Below are positions 34,243 to 47,662 of a DNA stretch of 64,000 nucleotides, one piece after another. The stretch is from Malacoraja senta (Eukaryota): positions 372,001 through 436,000 of the forward strand of contig CM075989.1 in the NCBI GenBank assembly GCA_038087875.1, written 5' to 3'. Numbering within the stretch: the stretch's first letter is position 1; every line of letters begins with the position of its first letter. A model generated the notes under the pieces. It saw only the letters and a program-made list of their open reading frames with translations, made no database searches and was not told where the DNA came from. The position numbers and the translations under genes are program-made.

Positions 34243-37200
34243 AATAGTAAGATTAACCGAGAACTTACCAGTTTGAAGTTTGATCTTTATTTTATGTGGA
34301 GTTACATTTGTGATTACGTGAAGAAGACCCGTCAGGGCGCATGCGCGTCAATCTTCAAAGCAGCGGTATGAAATCACAGACAACACCATAATTGAAGTAA
34401 CATATTAAGATGATCAACATGAGAACTGCCATTATGACCTTTTTTCTATGAGAGAGGGTTGGGCGTGGCGAGCACGTAATCACCAATGTAACTCCTCATA
34501 AAATAAAGATCAAACTTCAAACTGGTAAGTTCTCGTTTAATCTTACTATTTTACTTCGGAGTCACGTGAGTGACTACGTGAAGATTTTAAAGCTCTGTGA
34601 TTTTTATGCCGCAGATCAAAATCCCGGCTTCTCACTGCATCGATTGACTGAGTATCATCAATAATGCTGTAAACATGACATTGCCTATCATGCAAAAACA
34701 AAACAGTTTTATTTTTGGTCATAAAACAACCAATAAACCCTCTTAATGTAGGGGCAACAAACGAAACAGAATTAAACAGTATTGAAAACAGACTTTAAAC
34801 AATAGCAACAGCACTCAATATTGAGTGGGCAAACAGCCCTCCATCAGCAATCGGCCGATGGTAGTATTGCTGAAACACAAGTTCATTTTTCCAACCTGCG
34901 GCTTTTAATATATGGTCGATGGGAACGTCCATCGCCCTGGCCGCGGATGTTGCTACTGCGCTAGTGGAATGAGATGTAAACACATAAATGTTCATTCCTG
35001 CCTGAACCAACTCTTGCTTTAACCACCTTGAGATAGTCTGAACTGCCACTCTTTTATGTTGGCTTCTTGTAACTGACAAATAATCCTGTTTCTTCTTGTC
35101 TTAAAGCCCTTGTGGCTTCAATGTAATGTAAGAAATGTGTCCTTACACATAAACATGGATCTGTAGGATATGCTGAGAACACAATCTTAAATCCTGTCAC
35201 ACCTGGCCTGCTTTGTTTGAGCAGGTCAATAATATAAAACAGAAGATTCTCTGTATTCACTTCCATTTTTGCAAAGTCTGCACTCTCGGTACTGACACCA
35301 ATGCCATTAGCATAGCCAATTTCATGGTTAATTTTAACAAAGTTATAGACGTGACAGGGACCCAATGACGAAGCATGTTAAGAATAACGCTTACATCGCA
35401 GATTACCATATACCTAGGCTTAGGCGGTTTGGAACTAAAGATTCCTTTCATCAACCTAGATATGAGAGGGTGAGAACCTATACTTTGTGTCCGTGTACCT
35501 ATTACAAGATATGCCGACAAAGCACTTCTAGCTGTATTGATAGCAGTATAGCTAAGACCCTCATGATAATAAAGTGTAGATAAAACTCTAACACATTTTC
35601 AATAACTACAGTATCATATTGAATATTCTTTTGAACACCATATTGTTCCCATTTTTTTACGTCATATACTGCTTTTGAGTACTCTTTCTCCAGGCTGCAG
35701 TGAGTATATCCACCGTTGGCCTAGAAAGTCCTCGACCAATGTAAGGCATTCTTAAAAACCTGCAAATTAACAGATCAATACAATCACATAACAGATGAAC
35801 TTAACGCGTTACTGGATGCTCCAGCAAGTTCCTACTGTTTGGAATCCGCAAAAGGAGGTTGGATCGCTATCTGTAACATGAAAGGGAACCAAGGTTGAAT
35901 CGGGCAATTTGGTATCACCAAAACCCCTGAATCGGCATCCTGCTTGATTTTCTCAAACACCGACCTATGAGGCAGAATGGTGGGAAAATGTACACAAACA
36001 TATCATCCCAATTTAGTGAAAAAGCATCAATTGCCACTGCCCCTGGATCTGGTGCCCATGAAACATATTTTGGCCTTCCATATAGAAGTACTCTCTTCTT
36101 GAACACATCCTGGTTCAACATCCACTCTGTATTATCACAGAATTTTCGTGACCTGCCGTCTGGTACTACGTTAAGTTTCCCTGGCAGATAGATAGCTCCA
36201 ATCCAAATATCCATACTCCAGGTCCAATTTTATTTGCCAACCTGTCACATGATAACGATTTGATTCCACCCATGTGATTCATATAAGCAACTGCTGCAGT
36301 GTTGTTTATTTGGCACTGCACATGCAAACTAGTTTAGTTAGTGCCATAAGCCTTGAGTCCATAAAATACTCCTGGTTAATTACCCATGTTTGCAGAAGCA
36401 ATGTCCATCTGTCTCCACAGCTGGATCTTGTATCAGTAGCACCCTACCCAAGTGCTCTGACATCTGTCTGCAAAATCATGGAAGCTTGGTCCAATAACAC
36501 TTTTGAACTACTAGTGGACACATGCTGAATCCACCATTGTACATCAGCAACAGCCTCTGTTGATAGAAGCATAGGGCTATTATAATGACCCCAATGTATC
36601 CTCAGTGCTTGTTCCTTTGACCTTTGTAATTGTAGATAATAAAGTGGCCACTATTGAACTGCTGTCAGCAATTTCACCAGCAGACTTGTCACCTGGCTAA
36701 TTGAAGGCTGTGTGTCAGCAATTAACTTGATACAGCTCTTAATTAGCGCTACACTTTTTTGCCTGGGCAAGGACACAATCATGTTGATTAAGTCTATTGT
36801 GAACCCAACTAGTCAATTTGTGTCACAGGTATTAATTTAGATTTCTCTGGATAGCTTATGAAGCCCAATTTAAAAAAAAGTGTTTTTACCAACAAAGCTG
36901 TTTCCTTTGATTGTCCTACAATCAAGATATTATCTCGATAAGCCATGAGCACATGCCCTTGACTTCTCATCATGCCTAGAATAGGTTTTAACAACTTTGT
37001 AATCTCTCTAGGAGCTGAAGACAAACGATTAGGCAGTGCATTGTATTGCCATAATTGCCCCATCCAGCTGAATTTTAAATCTTCTATCCTGCAAATGAAC
37101 AGACACAGAATCCGGATCTTTAAAATCTCCTCAAACGTTTCCATCTTAAATTGTCTATACCGTACAAAAAGGTTTAAGACTATTCAGGTCCAGTATAATT

Positions 37201-38935
37201 CTGCATCCCCCATCCTTTTTTGGTCTGGGAAAGATATTGGACACAAACTGATGGCTTTGGTAAACTGCCTGAGCAATTACACCTTTATTACATAAGCTTG
37301 CAAGTTGCACCTGAACTTCCAATTGTTCAGTGATACTGGTCAAACTCCGTTTTTTAAAAGTTTTTTTTTAACATGTTTGCATGGGTAAATCAGAATTTGC
37401 ATTAAGCTTTATTACAAACCCTTCAATAACCTTCAGTATAAACATATCTGAGGTATCACATTAGATGTGTCTACATGAGAACCAGACCCACTTACCTCCT
37501 TACCACCTGGCATTCTTCCCCGGCCCCGAGCTGGATATCTCACCTTCCCTGGCGCTGCTACAGCCGAATGCCAACTGCGCTGCATCGTAGCTTGGACTCA
37601 TCCGTTGCCCGGACCAGTCTCCTCGCTTATAGGGATACTCTCCTCCAGCTCCTTCACCTGCTTTGCGAAATCCTCGGCAAACAGATTTGCCGGTTGCCCT
37701 GTGGCAGGCTGGCAGAGTGAAGCATATTTAGGATTGATGGTTGGTCTAAACGCAGTCTTGCGGAGGCAGTTGATATTAAAGTGGGTACTCCACAATAGCA
37801 CCACACCTTTTGTTGTAATTTCATCATGTCCTCTCCATCCACCATCCTGGCAAAGCTCGATATGCCAGATGTCAGCAACTTTAAAATATACTGGAGCTTC
37901 ACCTACTCCTGGGCTCTCATTTGTATGCCCATCTTGCTTCCTTACTGTCTCATCCATTGTTAGCTCCTGTAGCTGATGTGAGACTTGGTTATTTATGCTG
38001 GTGGCAAGTTACTCACCCAGAGGCTCACCAGCGTCCGACGACATGGCAAACCGTGCTGCACAAGGTGTCAGCTCTGGCCGCTGCATGCCCTCCTTTTGGA
38101 ATTCGTCGTCAGACTCAGGGTCAGAGCGTATCTGCCCTTCTGCACTCACCTCTTGCAAAGAGGGTGCTTTCAAGCAGGCCTCTGCCAGGCACTGCCGGTG
38201 GAGCCTTCCCGACGGCCTCCCGCCCTCACAACTCCTCCTGGAGTGTGGCTTTGTGAAGCAGGCCTCTCCTAGACACTGCCAGCGGAGCTGTCCCCACGGC
38301 CTCCCGCCTGCACAACTCCTCCTGGAGTGTGGCTTTGTGAAGCAGAACCTCTCCTAGGCACTGCCAGCGGAGCCTTACCTATGGCTTCCCGCCTGCACTC
38401 CTCCTCCTGGAGCGTCTCTGTGGAGCAACCCCTGTATGAGCTGCTCCTTTTGGATAACTGCTGGGGCACGGTATCCTGTCCCCGACGGGACTCTCGTGGC
38501 CCGACTCTGCGGAGTCTATGGCCCTGACAGACTTGGGTTATGCCTACCGCCCGACTGGCGTTGGCTGTGTACCCAGCTGGGCACTTTCCGAAGTCAGTCG
38601 CCGGACCGCTACCGGCTTGCGACTCCCCCGAGGTGACAGGCTGCCTTTCAGAGACTGCGCTCCCGCAGCTCTCTCTCTCCTTGTCGGTAGCAGACCTGCA
38701 CCTTGATAATTTTTTACTTGTTCCTGTAATGTGTGGGGAAAACATACAGCAACAATTTCTACTTTTTTCTAACTCCTCCAAAGTCTCCCGGACTTTGGTG
38801 GAGCTGTAACTACTCACCTGCAGGAGGAGCTCCGTCCTCCTGCTGCCGTTCGCGCCAATACGTCAGACATAATGACGCGCATGCGCCCTGACGGGTCTTC
38901 TTCACGTAGTCACTCACGTGACTCCGAAGTAAAAT
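34243..38935 (-). mobile_element. DIRS1-like tyrosine-recombinase retrotransposon A (full-length, degenerate)
   Basis: ITRs (TACGTGAAGAAGACCCGTCAGGGCGCATGCGCGTCA and its complement at ~38873-38908), ICR ~34475-34583, RT (PKKDGGCRIILDL, WQYNALP), RNase H/MTase (YIFPPF), YR (SHST..ATS...GW...FQQYY). Confidence 0.93.
38180..38412. repeat. ~83-bp tandem repeat, about 3 copies, in the gag region of DIRS-A
   Basis: Repeated CACTGCCAGCGGAGC...CTCCTCCTGGAGTGTGGCTTTGTGAAGCAG. Confidence 0.85.
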
Positions 38936-39439
38936 GTCTGTGCTGGCTCAAAGGGCCGAATGGCCTCCTCCTGCACCTATTTTCTATGTTACTATGTTTC
39001 TACCTCACGATCCCAAAAATCGCCTCATCTGAAAATTTGATTCATTAATTCTTGAGTTATTTATTTAAATTGTTCACAAAAATGAAATCATTTTTAAAGC
39101 TAACAAGCTGATGACGTCACAATGGCTATGCTCCTCGCTGCCCGCTGCGCATTGTTTTCAACACGCAGCCTGCTGGCCATTTTTTCCACGCGCTGCGAGT
39201 TACGTCCCCACCCCCCCGACTCACAGTCATTTGTTCACCGCCCGCTCGCAGTCAACGCTCACTCGGCCGGCTGCCCCGCCAGCAGCTCAGCCTCTCTCCC
39301 CCCCACAGGGCGCTGGATTGAAGCTGCTGTACACACAGTAATTTAGTTGGGTTTCCGAGGGATTCAGAAGTCCCACGAGGTCTCGCGAGGTCCCGAGTGC
39401 TACCGAGGCCCACCACCCGCGCGCGCGAGTTCAAGTACG

Positions 39440-39645
39440 CCCTCTCGCTCTCTCTCCCCCCTTCCGCTCTACTCTCCCCCACCCCCCTCCTCTCCATCCT
39501 CCCCCTCCACTACACTCCCCCCTCTCCCCCCTCCCCCCCCCACCTCTCCCACTCCTCTCCCCCCTCTCCCCCTCCCCACTCCTTCCCCCCTCCCCCCTCT
39601 CCCCCCTCCCTCCCTTCTCCCCTCCCTCCCCCCTCCTCCATCCCA
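39440..39645 (+). repeat. C-rich polypyrimidine tract (G-rich on minus strand)
   Basis: Directly visible. Confidence 0.9.
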
Positions 39646-40187
39646 CCTTATGCTACCCCTCTTACCTTAAAACTATGCCCTCTAGTATTTGATATTTCCT
39701 TCCTAGCAAAAATATTCTAATTGGCTATCCTATCTATGTCTATTATAATTTCATATACTTCTATCAGGTATCCTCTCAATGTCCAATGTACCAGAGAAAA
39801 CAATTCAAATCTGTCCAACCTGACTTTGTGGTTATTTCCTCCTGATGCAAGTATCGTACTGATAAACCTCTGCAGCTTTTCCAAAGCTTCCTTCTTTGGG
39901 GCGACAAGAACTGCACACAATACTCCAAATACTCCCCCCAAAAGTTTCATCATGTCTTCATGACTCTTATACTCAATGCTCCTACGAATTAAGGCAAGCG
40001 TACCAAAAGCCTTCTTTACCACACTATCTACTTGTGTTGCCACCTTCAGAGTTATGGGCTTGGACTCCAAGATCCCTTTGCATTTGCAATGCTGTTATGG
40101 ATCTTGCCATTAAATTCCTCTTGCATTCGACTTTGCAAAGCTCAATATCTCACACTTGCTGATGAAAATTCCAACATCATAGCCTGA

Positions 40188-41752
40188 AACCATATAACCA
40201 TATAACCATATAACAATTACAGCACAGAAACAGGCCATCTCGGCCCTTCTAGTCCGTGCCGAACACTGATTCTCCCCTAGTCCCATCTACCTGCACTCAG
40301 ACCATAACCCTCCATTCCTTTCCCATCCATAAACCTATCCAATTTATATTTAAATGATAAAATCGAACCTGCCTCCACCACATCCACTGGAAGCTCATTC
40401 CACACAGCTACCACTCTCTGAGTAAAGTTCCCCCTCATTTTACCCCTAAACTTCTGTCCCTTAATTCTCAAATCATGTCCTCTTGTTTGAATCTTCCCTA
40501 CTCTAAATGGAAAAAGCATATCTACGTCAACTCTGTCTATCCCTCTCATCATTTAAAAGACTACTATCAAATCCCCCCTTAACCTTCTGTGCTCCAAAGA
40601 ATAAAGACCTAACTTGTTCAACCTTTCTCAGTAACTTAGTTGCTGAAACCCAGGCAACATTCTAGTAAATCTCCTCTGTATTCTCTCTATTTTGTTGACA
40701 TCTTTCCTATAATTTGGCGACCAAAATTGTACACCATACTCCAGAATTGGCCTCACCAATGCCTTGTACAATTTTAACATTACATCCCAACTTCTATACT
40801 CAATGATCTGATTTATAGAGGCCAGCACACCAAAAGCTATCTTTACCACCCTATCTACATGAGATTCCACCTTCAGGGAACTATGCACAGTTATTCCTAG
40901 ATCTCTCTGTTCAACTGCATTCCTCAATTCCTATGTACGTCCTATGTACGTCCTGTTTTGATTTGTCCTGCCAAGATGTAGCACCTCACACTTATAAGCA
41001 TTAATCTCCTTCTGCCATCTTTCAGCCCACTCTTCCAAATGGCCTAAATCTCTCCGTAGACTTTGAAAATCTATTTCATTATCCACAACACCACCTTAGT
41101 ATCATCTGCACACTTATTACTCAAATTTACCACCCCATCATCCAGATCATTGATGTATATGACAAACAACAGTGGACCCAACACAGATCCCTGAGGCACA
41201 CCACTAGTCACCGGCCTTCAACCTGACAAACAGCCATCCACCATTACTCTCTGGCATTTCCCATTCAGCCACTGTTGAATCCATCTTGCTACTCCACCAT
41301 TAATACCCAACAATTGAATCGTCTTAACCAACCTTCCATGTGGAACCTTGTCAAAGACCTTACTGAAGTCCATATAGACAACATCCACCACTCTACCCTA
41401 ATCAATTTCCCTAGAAATCTATTCAAAAAATTCAAGAAGATTAGTCAAACATGACCTTCCAGGCACAAATCCATGTTGACTGTTCCTAATCAGACCCTGT
41501 TTAACCAGATGCTTATATATATATCATCTCTAAGCATCCTTTCCATTAATTTGCCCACCACTCGTCAAACTAACAGGTCTAAAATTGTTAGGTTTACTCT
41601 TAGTACCCTTTTTAAACAACGGAACAACATGCGCAGTACGCCAATCCTCTGGCACCATTCCCGTTTCCAATGACATTTGAAATATTTCTGTCATAGCCCC
41701 TACTATTACTGCACTAACTTCCCTCAATGTCCTAGGGAACATCCTGTCAGGA
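40188..41752 (-). mobile_element. CR1 family A 3' fragment
   Basis: (AACCATAT)n tail; RT fragments 40277-41742. Confidence 0.92.
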
Positions 41753-41831
41753 TTAAATTTCCTCTTTCACCAGAGATGACTCTTGATTGTTTATAAAGTA
41801 TATTGTAACATCCTGAGCTATTGCAAAGTAC

Positions 41832-44800
41832 ATTAGTAAGATTAAGCGAGAACTTACCAGTTTGAAGTTTGATCTTTATTTTATGAGGAGTTACGTTGGT
41901 GATTACGTGAAGAAGCCCCGTCAGTTCGCATGCGCGTCAATCTTCAAAGCAGCAGTATTAAATCACAGGTAACAGTAATTGAAGTAACATAGTAAGATCA
42001 GAAACTTGAAAACTACCAGATGACCTTTGTGAGAGAGGGTTGGGAGTGGAGGGCACGTAATCACCAACTTAACTCCTCATAAAATAAAGATCAAACTTCA
42101 AACTGGTAAGTTCTTGTTTAATCTTACTATTTTACTTCGGAGTCACGTGAGTAATTCCATGAAGAGTTCAAAGCTCTGTGATTTCATGCCGTAGATTCAA
42201 ATCCTGGCGTCTCACTGCATCGATTGTCTCAGGATGAGTGAATAATCAACAATGCATTATACCTGACATTGATTTAAACGTATTAATGGTTTACGTTAAT
42301 AAAGAAAATCAATAGCAACCCTTATATCTCAGGGGAGGCTAAAGTGGACGCTAAACAGAATGGCCAAATAGCCCCGGGTCGGCAATCGGCCTATGTAAAA
42401 AAAAAATTGAAAATCAATTCACTTGACCATCCTGTCGCCGCGAGGATATGGTTGATGGGAATGTCCATTGCACTGGCCGCTGACGTTGATGCCACCCTGG
42501 TGGAATGAGATGTAAAATTATCAATGTTAATACATGCATAAACCAGAACCTGCATCAGCCACCTTGAAATAGTCTGAACCGACTTTTTCTTGTGTGGTTG
42601 TTTGTGGCTAATAAACAATGCTGATTCCACACCTCTTAGGGTTCTGGTGGCCTTGATATAATATAGCAAGCCTGCCCTCACACATAGACGTGAGTCCGTG
42701 GGGTATGCCGAAATATGATCTTAAACCCTGTCACCCCTGGTCTGCTTTGCTTGTGTAGACCAGAAATGTAAAACGTAATGGCATCTGCAACCTCTCCCAT
42801 CCTATCTGGCCACAGCTTTTGCAATGTCTGCACTCATTGTGCTGATACTAGTGTCATGACTAAGGAAGTAGCTGGCCCCTGGTGAAGTATTGTTAACACA
42901 ATGTCAATATCCCATACTGCCTCTACTTGTACTGGGAGAACTTGTGTTAAAGATATTGTTTACAAACTCGATATCCAGGGTTGAAACCCAACAGAGTGGG
43001 TCCTGTGTGTTGCAGCTAATATGATGGGAAGGCACATTTGGCACAGTTAATGGCCCTAAACTCAATTATTGTCAGAAGACCATTTAAGAATGAACTGGAA
43101 GATGTCAGTAATCTGTACCGTATTAAATGTAACATTAACATTAAACAAAACCGCTTCCCACCTGAATAGGGAATGTACTCTTTTTTGGTGCTATCGCTGC
43201 ACCCTGCAGTGAACACATACATGGATTGATGTGACAACCTGAGCTGTAGGGCAGTCTATTCAGAATCTGCAAGTCAATAAATTGATTTTATCATGCAGAG
43301 GCTGGTTTCCTGAACCACAGTTTGCACCAGCAAAGTTTTCGTTGTTTAGAATAACCGTATATGTTTGTATTATTATGCCTGACAGAAGTAGGAATCATGG
43401 CTGCATAGCCAGTCAGACAGTACGAAAACTAAAGTGAGATCTTGCTAGCTTTATTTCAAGACCCGACTGATGAGGCAAAATGGAATAAGACATAAAAGAA
43501 CATTCCTCCTTCCTGTAGCGAGAATGTATCTCTCAACACTGTTATGCCACATATTTTTGCAATCAGTGAATAAGCATGAAACCAACATGTCGATATTCGG
43601 TGTTTCATTGAACCATACTTTCATAAATACTTTGTGATCCAACACCTATTCTGTGTTGTCATTGATCTGAACTTGATGATCCACCAGTGGCAAAGGAGAT
43701 TAGGTAAATTATTACAGGATAATTTTACTTGATTGCCATGTGACTAACATATGCCACCACCGTCGTGTATCAACGAAGTTGAGCATGTAGATGATGTATA
43801 TTCGCTCAATAGCCCTTTACCCATGGGATGCATCTAGTGTCTATAGCTAGTTAATACCAATAACTGAAGAATTGGCAACTCATGCAAATCTCCTCCTCCT
43901 CCAAACTGGAGATAACATTTGCAATTTTCCACCTTAGAGCCCTTAGCATTAGTTTGTAAAATTACTGAAATTCGACTCACCAAACCACTGGAGCAATGCT
44001 GAATACAGTTTGTTCATCATTGTGACTTAGGTAGCTTCAGCTGGTCATAGCATAAGCCTGTTAACAATGACCTACATGTCATATGAGAGGTTGCTACTCT
44101 GCAAGATGTCAGTTCCCGACTTGCACAGCTGAATCACAGCTACTATATTGCCAATTACACTTGATGAATAGAATTCAGCTTAATAACAGGTTTCTATTAA
44201 TTCCAATCTCATGCCACAAGGCGGAGTCATAGGCTAATTATTAGTTAAAGGTAAATCCCAATGACCAACAAGTCTATTTGGTAACAACTTAAAGTTAACT
44301 GGATGGATGAGCCCAATTTCTCAAATATAGTTTGAGGCTGAAACAGGTGATTTTAACAAATTACAGCGTTAGAATATCATCCATTCAAGACATAACAAGT
44401 GTTTTCGAACTGTCCAAACACCGATTTACTAATTAGTTAAATAACCTGGGGAAATAGTTTATCCCATTTTGCAATGTTTTACTGTTATTAGTACAGTAAT
44501 CATTGCCTTTTGATAATTTCCAATGTCTCTTATGATGCCTATAATGGGAACTGCAGAGAATGGATCTTTGAGACCCTTATGAATCCGTTGTTAGTCAGTA
44601 AATAAGTTTCCTATTTGGAAAGTTCATATGCGAGTTAAACGGCATTCTCCATTTTTCATAATGAACAGGCCACTCCTGCCATCATTCCATGGGTGCTTTG
44701 CACCATAACTCTGGCCTGATTTCCGAGCCTGTCTTGAAACCGACAATTCTGGCCCTAATTCCAAACTTGCTTGGAATGCTAGTATTGTGTAGTTTTACAT

Positions 44801-46326
44801 GGTTAGATGCCTCTAAGCAGATGACAATGCCTTTATCCTTTGTGTGCTGTACAAACAAGTGTAAAAATTAACAACTTGTGAGTGGCCCATTTACCCTTGT
44901 TTCGGAAGTGCCAGACCCACCTTGTTGAGTAGGACTGGTAGGGTGCGTGGAACCTCTGCCCAGCTGTCATGTTGCCACCAGCTTCAGTGAACCTCTTACT
45001 GCCGATGAAGGCATGGGGTGCGTTCTGAAACGATGAACCTTTGCCCTTTGTTCTTGATTGGTCCGACAGCTTTGTTTCGTCCTCCAGGTTTTTGCTGTTG
45101 AATAGAGCTTACCTGAATAGAAGGTTCGGCGGCTGGCTCTCATATCCCCCTGATAGCGCTGTTCACTGCTGGCACACATGTGTTCCAGTACGTTCCACGG
45201 ACATCTTTAGAATCTGAAGTCAGTTACATCTGACCTTTCGCACTCACCTCCTTAGAGAGGGCGATTCGTAGGCAGCCCTAAACAGGTGCTGCCGCAGGCC
45301 CCTGGGGATACCTGCGCGGATACGGCCCCCAATGGACCTATACCAGGATGGAACATTCTGTTGGGATGGCAAACTTTGTTGTCAGGAAATGATACCTCTG
45401 ACACGTGCCCTTCATCCCTTGAGGTATGCTCCACCGCTATACCTTCAGACTCGGCATCAGAATTACACTGACCCGGCATGCTCTCTTCAAAAAGGGAGAC
45501 ATTAAGTAGCCCTGTCCCAGGCGCTGCTGGCATGACCTCTCCTACAGGCCGGCGCTGTCACACATTAAGTAGCCCTGTCCTAGGCACTGCTGGCGCGGGC
45601 TCTCCCGTAGGCCGGCGCTGTGACAGATTCGGTGATGGTCTCCCCCTCCAACAGGGAGACATTAAGCAGCCCTGTCCCAGGCGCTGCTGCCGTGGCCTGT
45701 CCCATAGGCCCGCGCTTCCAAATTCAATTTTAGAGTGTGGAGCTTCACCTGTAAAGGGTTAAAATGACAACAGAATCCTCCAAATACATACATATTTCCG
45801 GAAGGGAATCCTTGCAGCCCGACTCGTCAGAATTCAATAGGGCTGATCGATGTATCGGTGATTTCACCCCATGCCTGGGGACCACCGAACGATGATATGT
45901 TTGTGAGCCACTGACCGCACTGTCAGCGACTCTGGAGGTGATACCGCCTTCCTGCTTGACTTTCCCTCCCCGGGAACCACAGCAGGCTGGAAACCACTGA
46001 CCGCCTTGTCAGTGACTCGGATCACGAACCCGACATCTGCCTACTATCCGCTTTCGCGGTCGGAACCGGGGTCTCCCCACAGCCCATAGCCAGTTCACTC
46101 GCCGGAATTCACCAATATCTACCAGGATATCTCTGTGAAAAGAGGTTCCTGCAAGAAACTCAAAAAACCTGGAAAGTAATACAAACTTACTTGAAGTTTT
46201 AAACTTACCGCCGGCAGGAGCAATGCCCTGCCAGTCTGGTGCTTCGCAATGCGAACGACGATATGATGCGCATGCGAACTGGCGGGGCTTCTTCACGGAA
46301 TCACTCACGTGACTTTGAAGTAAAAT
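41832..46326 (-). mobile_element. DIRS1-like retrotransposon B (heavily decayed interior)
   Basis: Same termini as DIRS-A (AGTAAGATTAA.CGAGAACTTACCAG... / ...CACTCACGTGACTTTGAAGTAAAAT), ICR ~42054-42163, YR fragment SHSTRVASTS...GWS. ~65-bp internal repeats at 45497-45715. Confidence 0.9.
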
Positions 46327-46610
46327 ACAAACTTGAGTCCCACTTTGCTGTGTACATTACTGGAGCAATGTGTGATTAGCAACATGTATCACAGCTGGTA
46401 ACATAGCTGCATATAGTGCTCTTGTTTTACTGATGATCATGGAAGAAGTATCAGCATTGTGGTGAGATTGGACTGGAGGGCAATGCCAGGGTTTAACCAT
46501 CAAACACTGTGATACTGAGCTATGGTTTGTGTTCATTGGGCAGAAGCGCAGTTTGTGTTACTTCCCACTGCCTGAATATCAGTTGTTGACTGATTATACA
46601 GAACACTTAC

Positions 46611-46976
46611 CAGAAACGTGGAGCCGTGTTACAGGGAAGAAGCTGATACGATCGTTGTTGTTGAATTCAATTCTGAAATGATAAGGACCTTCATCTTCCT
46701 GTGTCATGTTGTCTATAACCAGGGAACAGTTGCCATCTCTCAGGACTCCAGACAGCCGGGTCCGATGGTGAAACCTTAGTGATTCTCTACTGCGATTCCC
46801 GGAGTGGAAAGCGATAGACTGAGAGTTCCAGTCCTCATCATTAATCCAGATTCCAACCGGTGTTATTTTGTTCAGACGCGACGGGTAACTGTAGTGGCAC
46901 GGAATCCGGGCACACAGACCCCTCTGTGCTGTCACCTCTAATGGAGTGTTGATTGTCCACTCCATTGACACTGCAG
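46611..46976 (-). CDS. Siglec-type V-set Ig domain exon
   Basis: GLCARIPCHYSYP, GIW, RTRLSG..DGNCSLVID, DEGPYHFRIE; acceptor ccttctctcctcag, donor G|GTAAGT; 366 nt, phase 1-1, no stops. Confidence 0.92.
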
Positions 46977-47622
46977 CTGAGGAGAGAAGGAACAACATTA
47001 GGCACTGGAGGGCTTGTGGATCATCCAGACTCCATTGTGTAGGAATCACATCCTGGGCATTGTGGGATGACAAAGTGTGTGAATACCTTCTCGTGCTTTT
47101 CTGCCTCTGAAAATGTGAACTGCACGTGAACTGACTCTCTTACTGAGGGTCAGCTGCTGCAACTCACATGCACTGACCCAGGGGAAGACCTCAAGGTCTC
47201 TCTGGCAGCCTGTGAGAACAGTGGTGGGTGGAGTGCAGTGACAGACACAGCAAGCACCAGGTGAAAGAAGGTTGTTCATACCAGAGACAGGTTTTAGATC
47301 CCCCTCCCGTTGTAGGGAGTCTCAAACTAAAGGCCACAGGTTTAAGGTGAGATGGGAAAGATTTAAAGGGGACCCGAGGGACAGATTTTTCACACAAAGG
47401 TGGAGGGTATATATGACGAGCTGTGAGAGGAAGTGGTTGAGGCCTGTACAATAACAACATTTAAAAGACATTTGGACAGGCACGTGGGTGGGAAGGGAGC
47501 AAATGGGCAAAGCTCAGGGGTACAGAGAGAGTGAGGGTTGCAGCAGTGATGGAGGTTATTCCCCATCATGAGAATGTACAGACAGTCGGCCATAAACACA
47601 CACAAGCTGTTGCTGACGGTAC

Positions 47623-47662
47623 CTTGGAGAAGTGACAGGAAAAAGTTCGATTTCACCATCAT
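47623..47662 (-). CDS. Signal-peptide exon MMVKSNFFLSLLQ(A)
   Basis: Donor AAG|GTACCG, phase 1, joins in frame to AVSMEW. Acceptor ttctctcttccag at 47703-47704 implies an upstream non-coding exon. Confidence 0.72.

Larger units (their letters stand above)
32950..39002 (+). mobile_element. CR1 family B 3' part, split in its 3' UTR by DIRS-A (32950-34242 and 38936-39002)
   Basis: RT ORFs 33281-34164. The 3' UTR ...ATCACAATGAAT resumes as GTCTGTGCTGGCTCAAAGGGCCGAATGG with its tail after 38935. Confidence 0.9.

Noticed and set aside
46594..47073. Rearranging Ig/TCR V segment
   Set aside because: No F-strand YYC and no heptamer-nonamer RSS after the exon; it ends in a splice donor and has Siglec-specific motifs.
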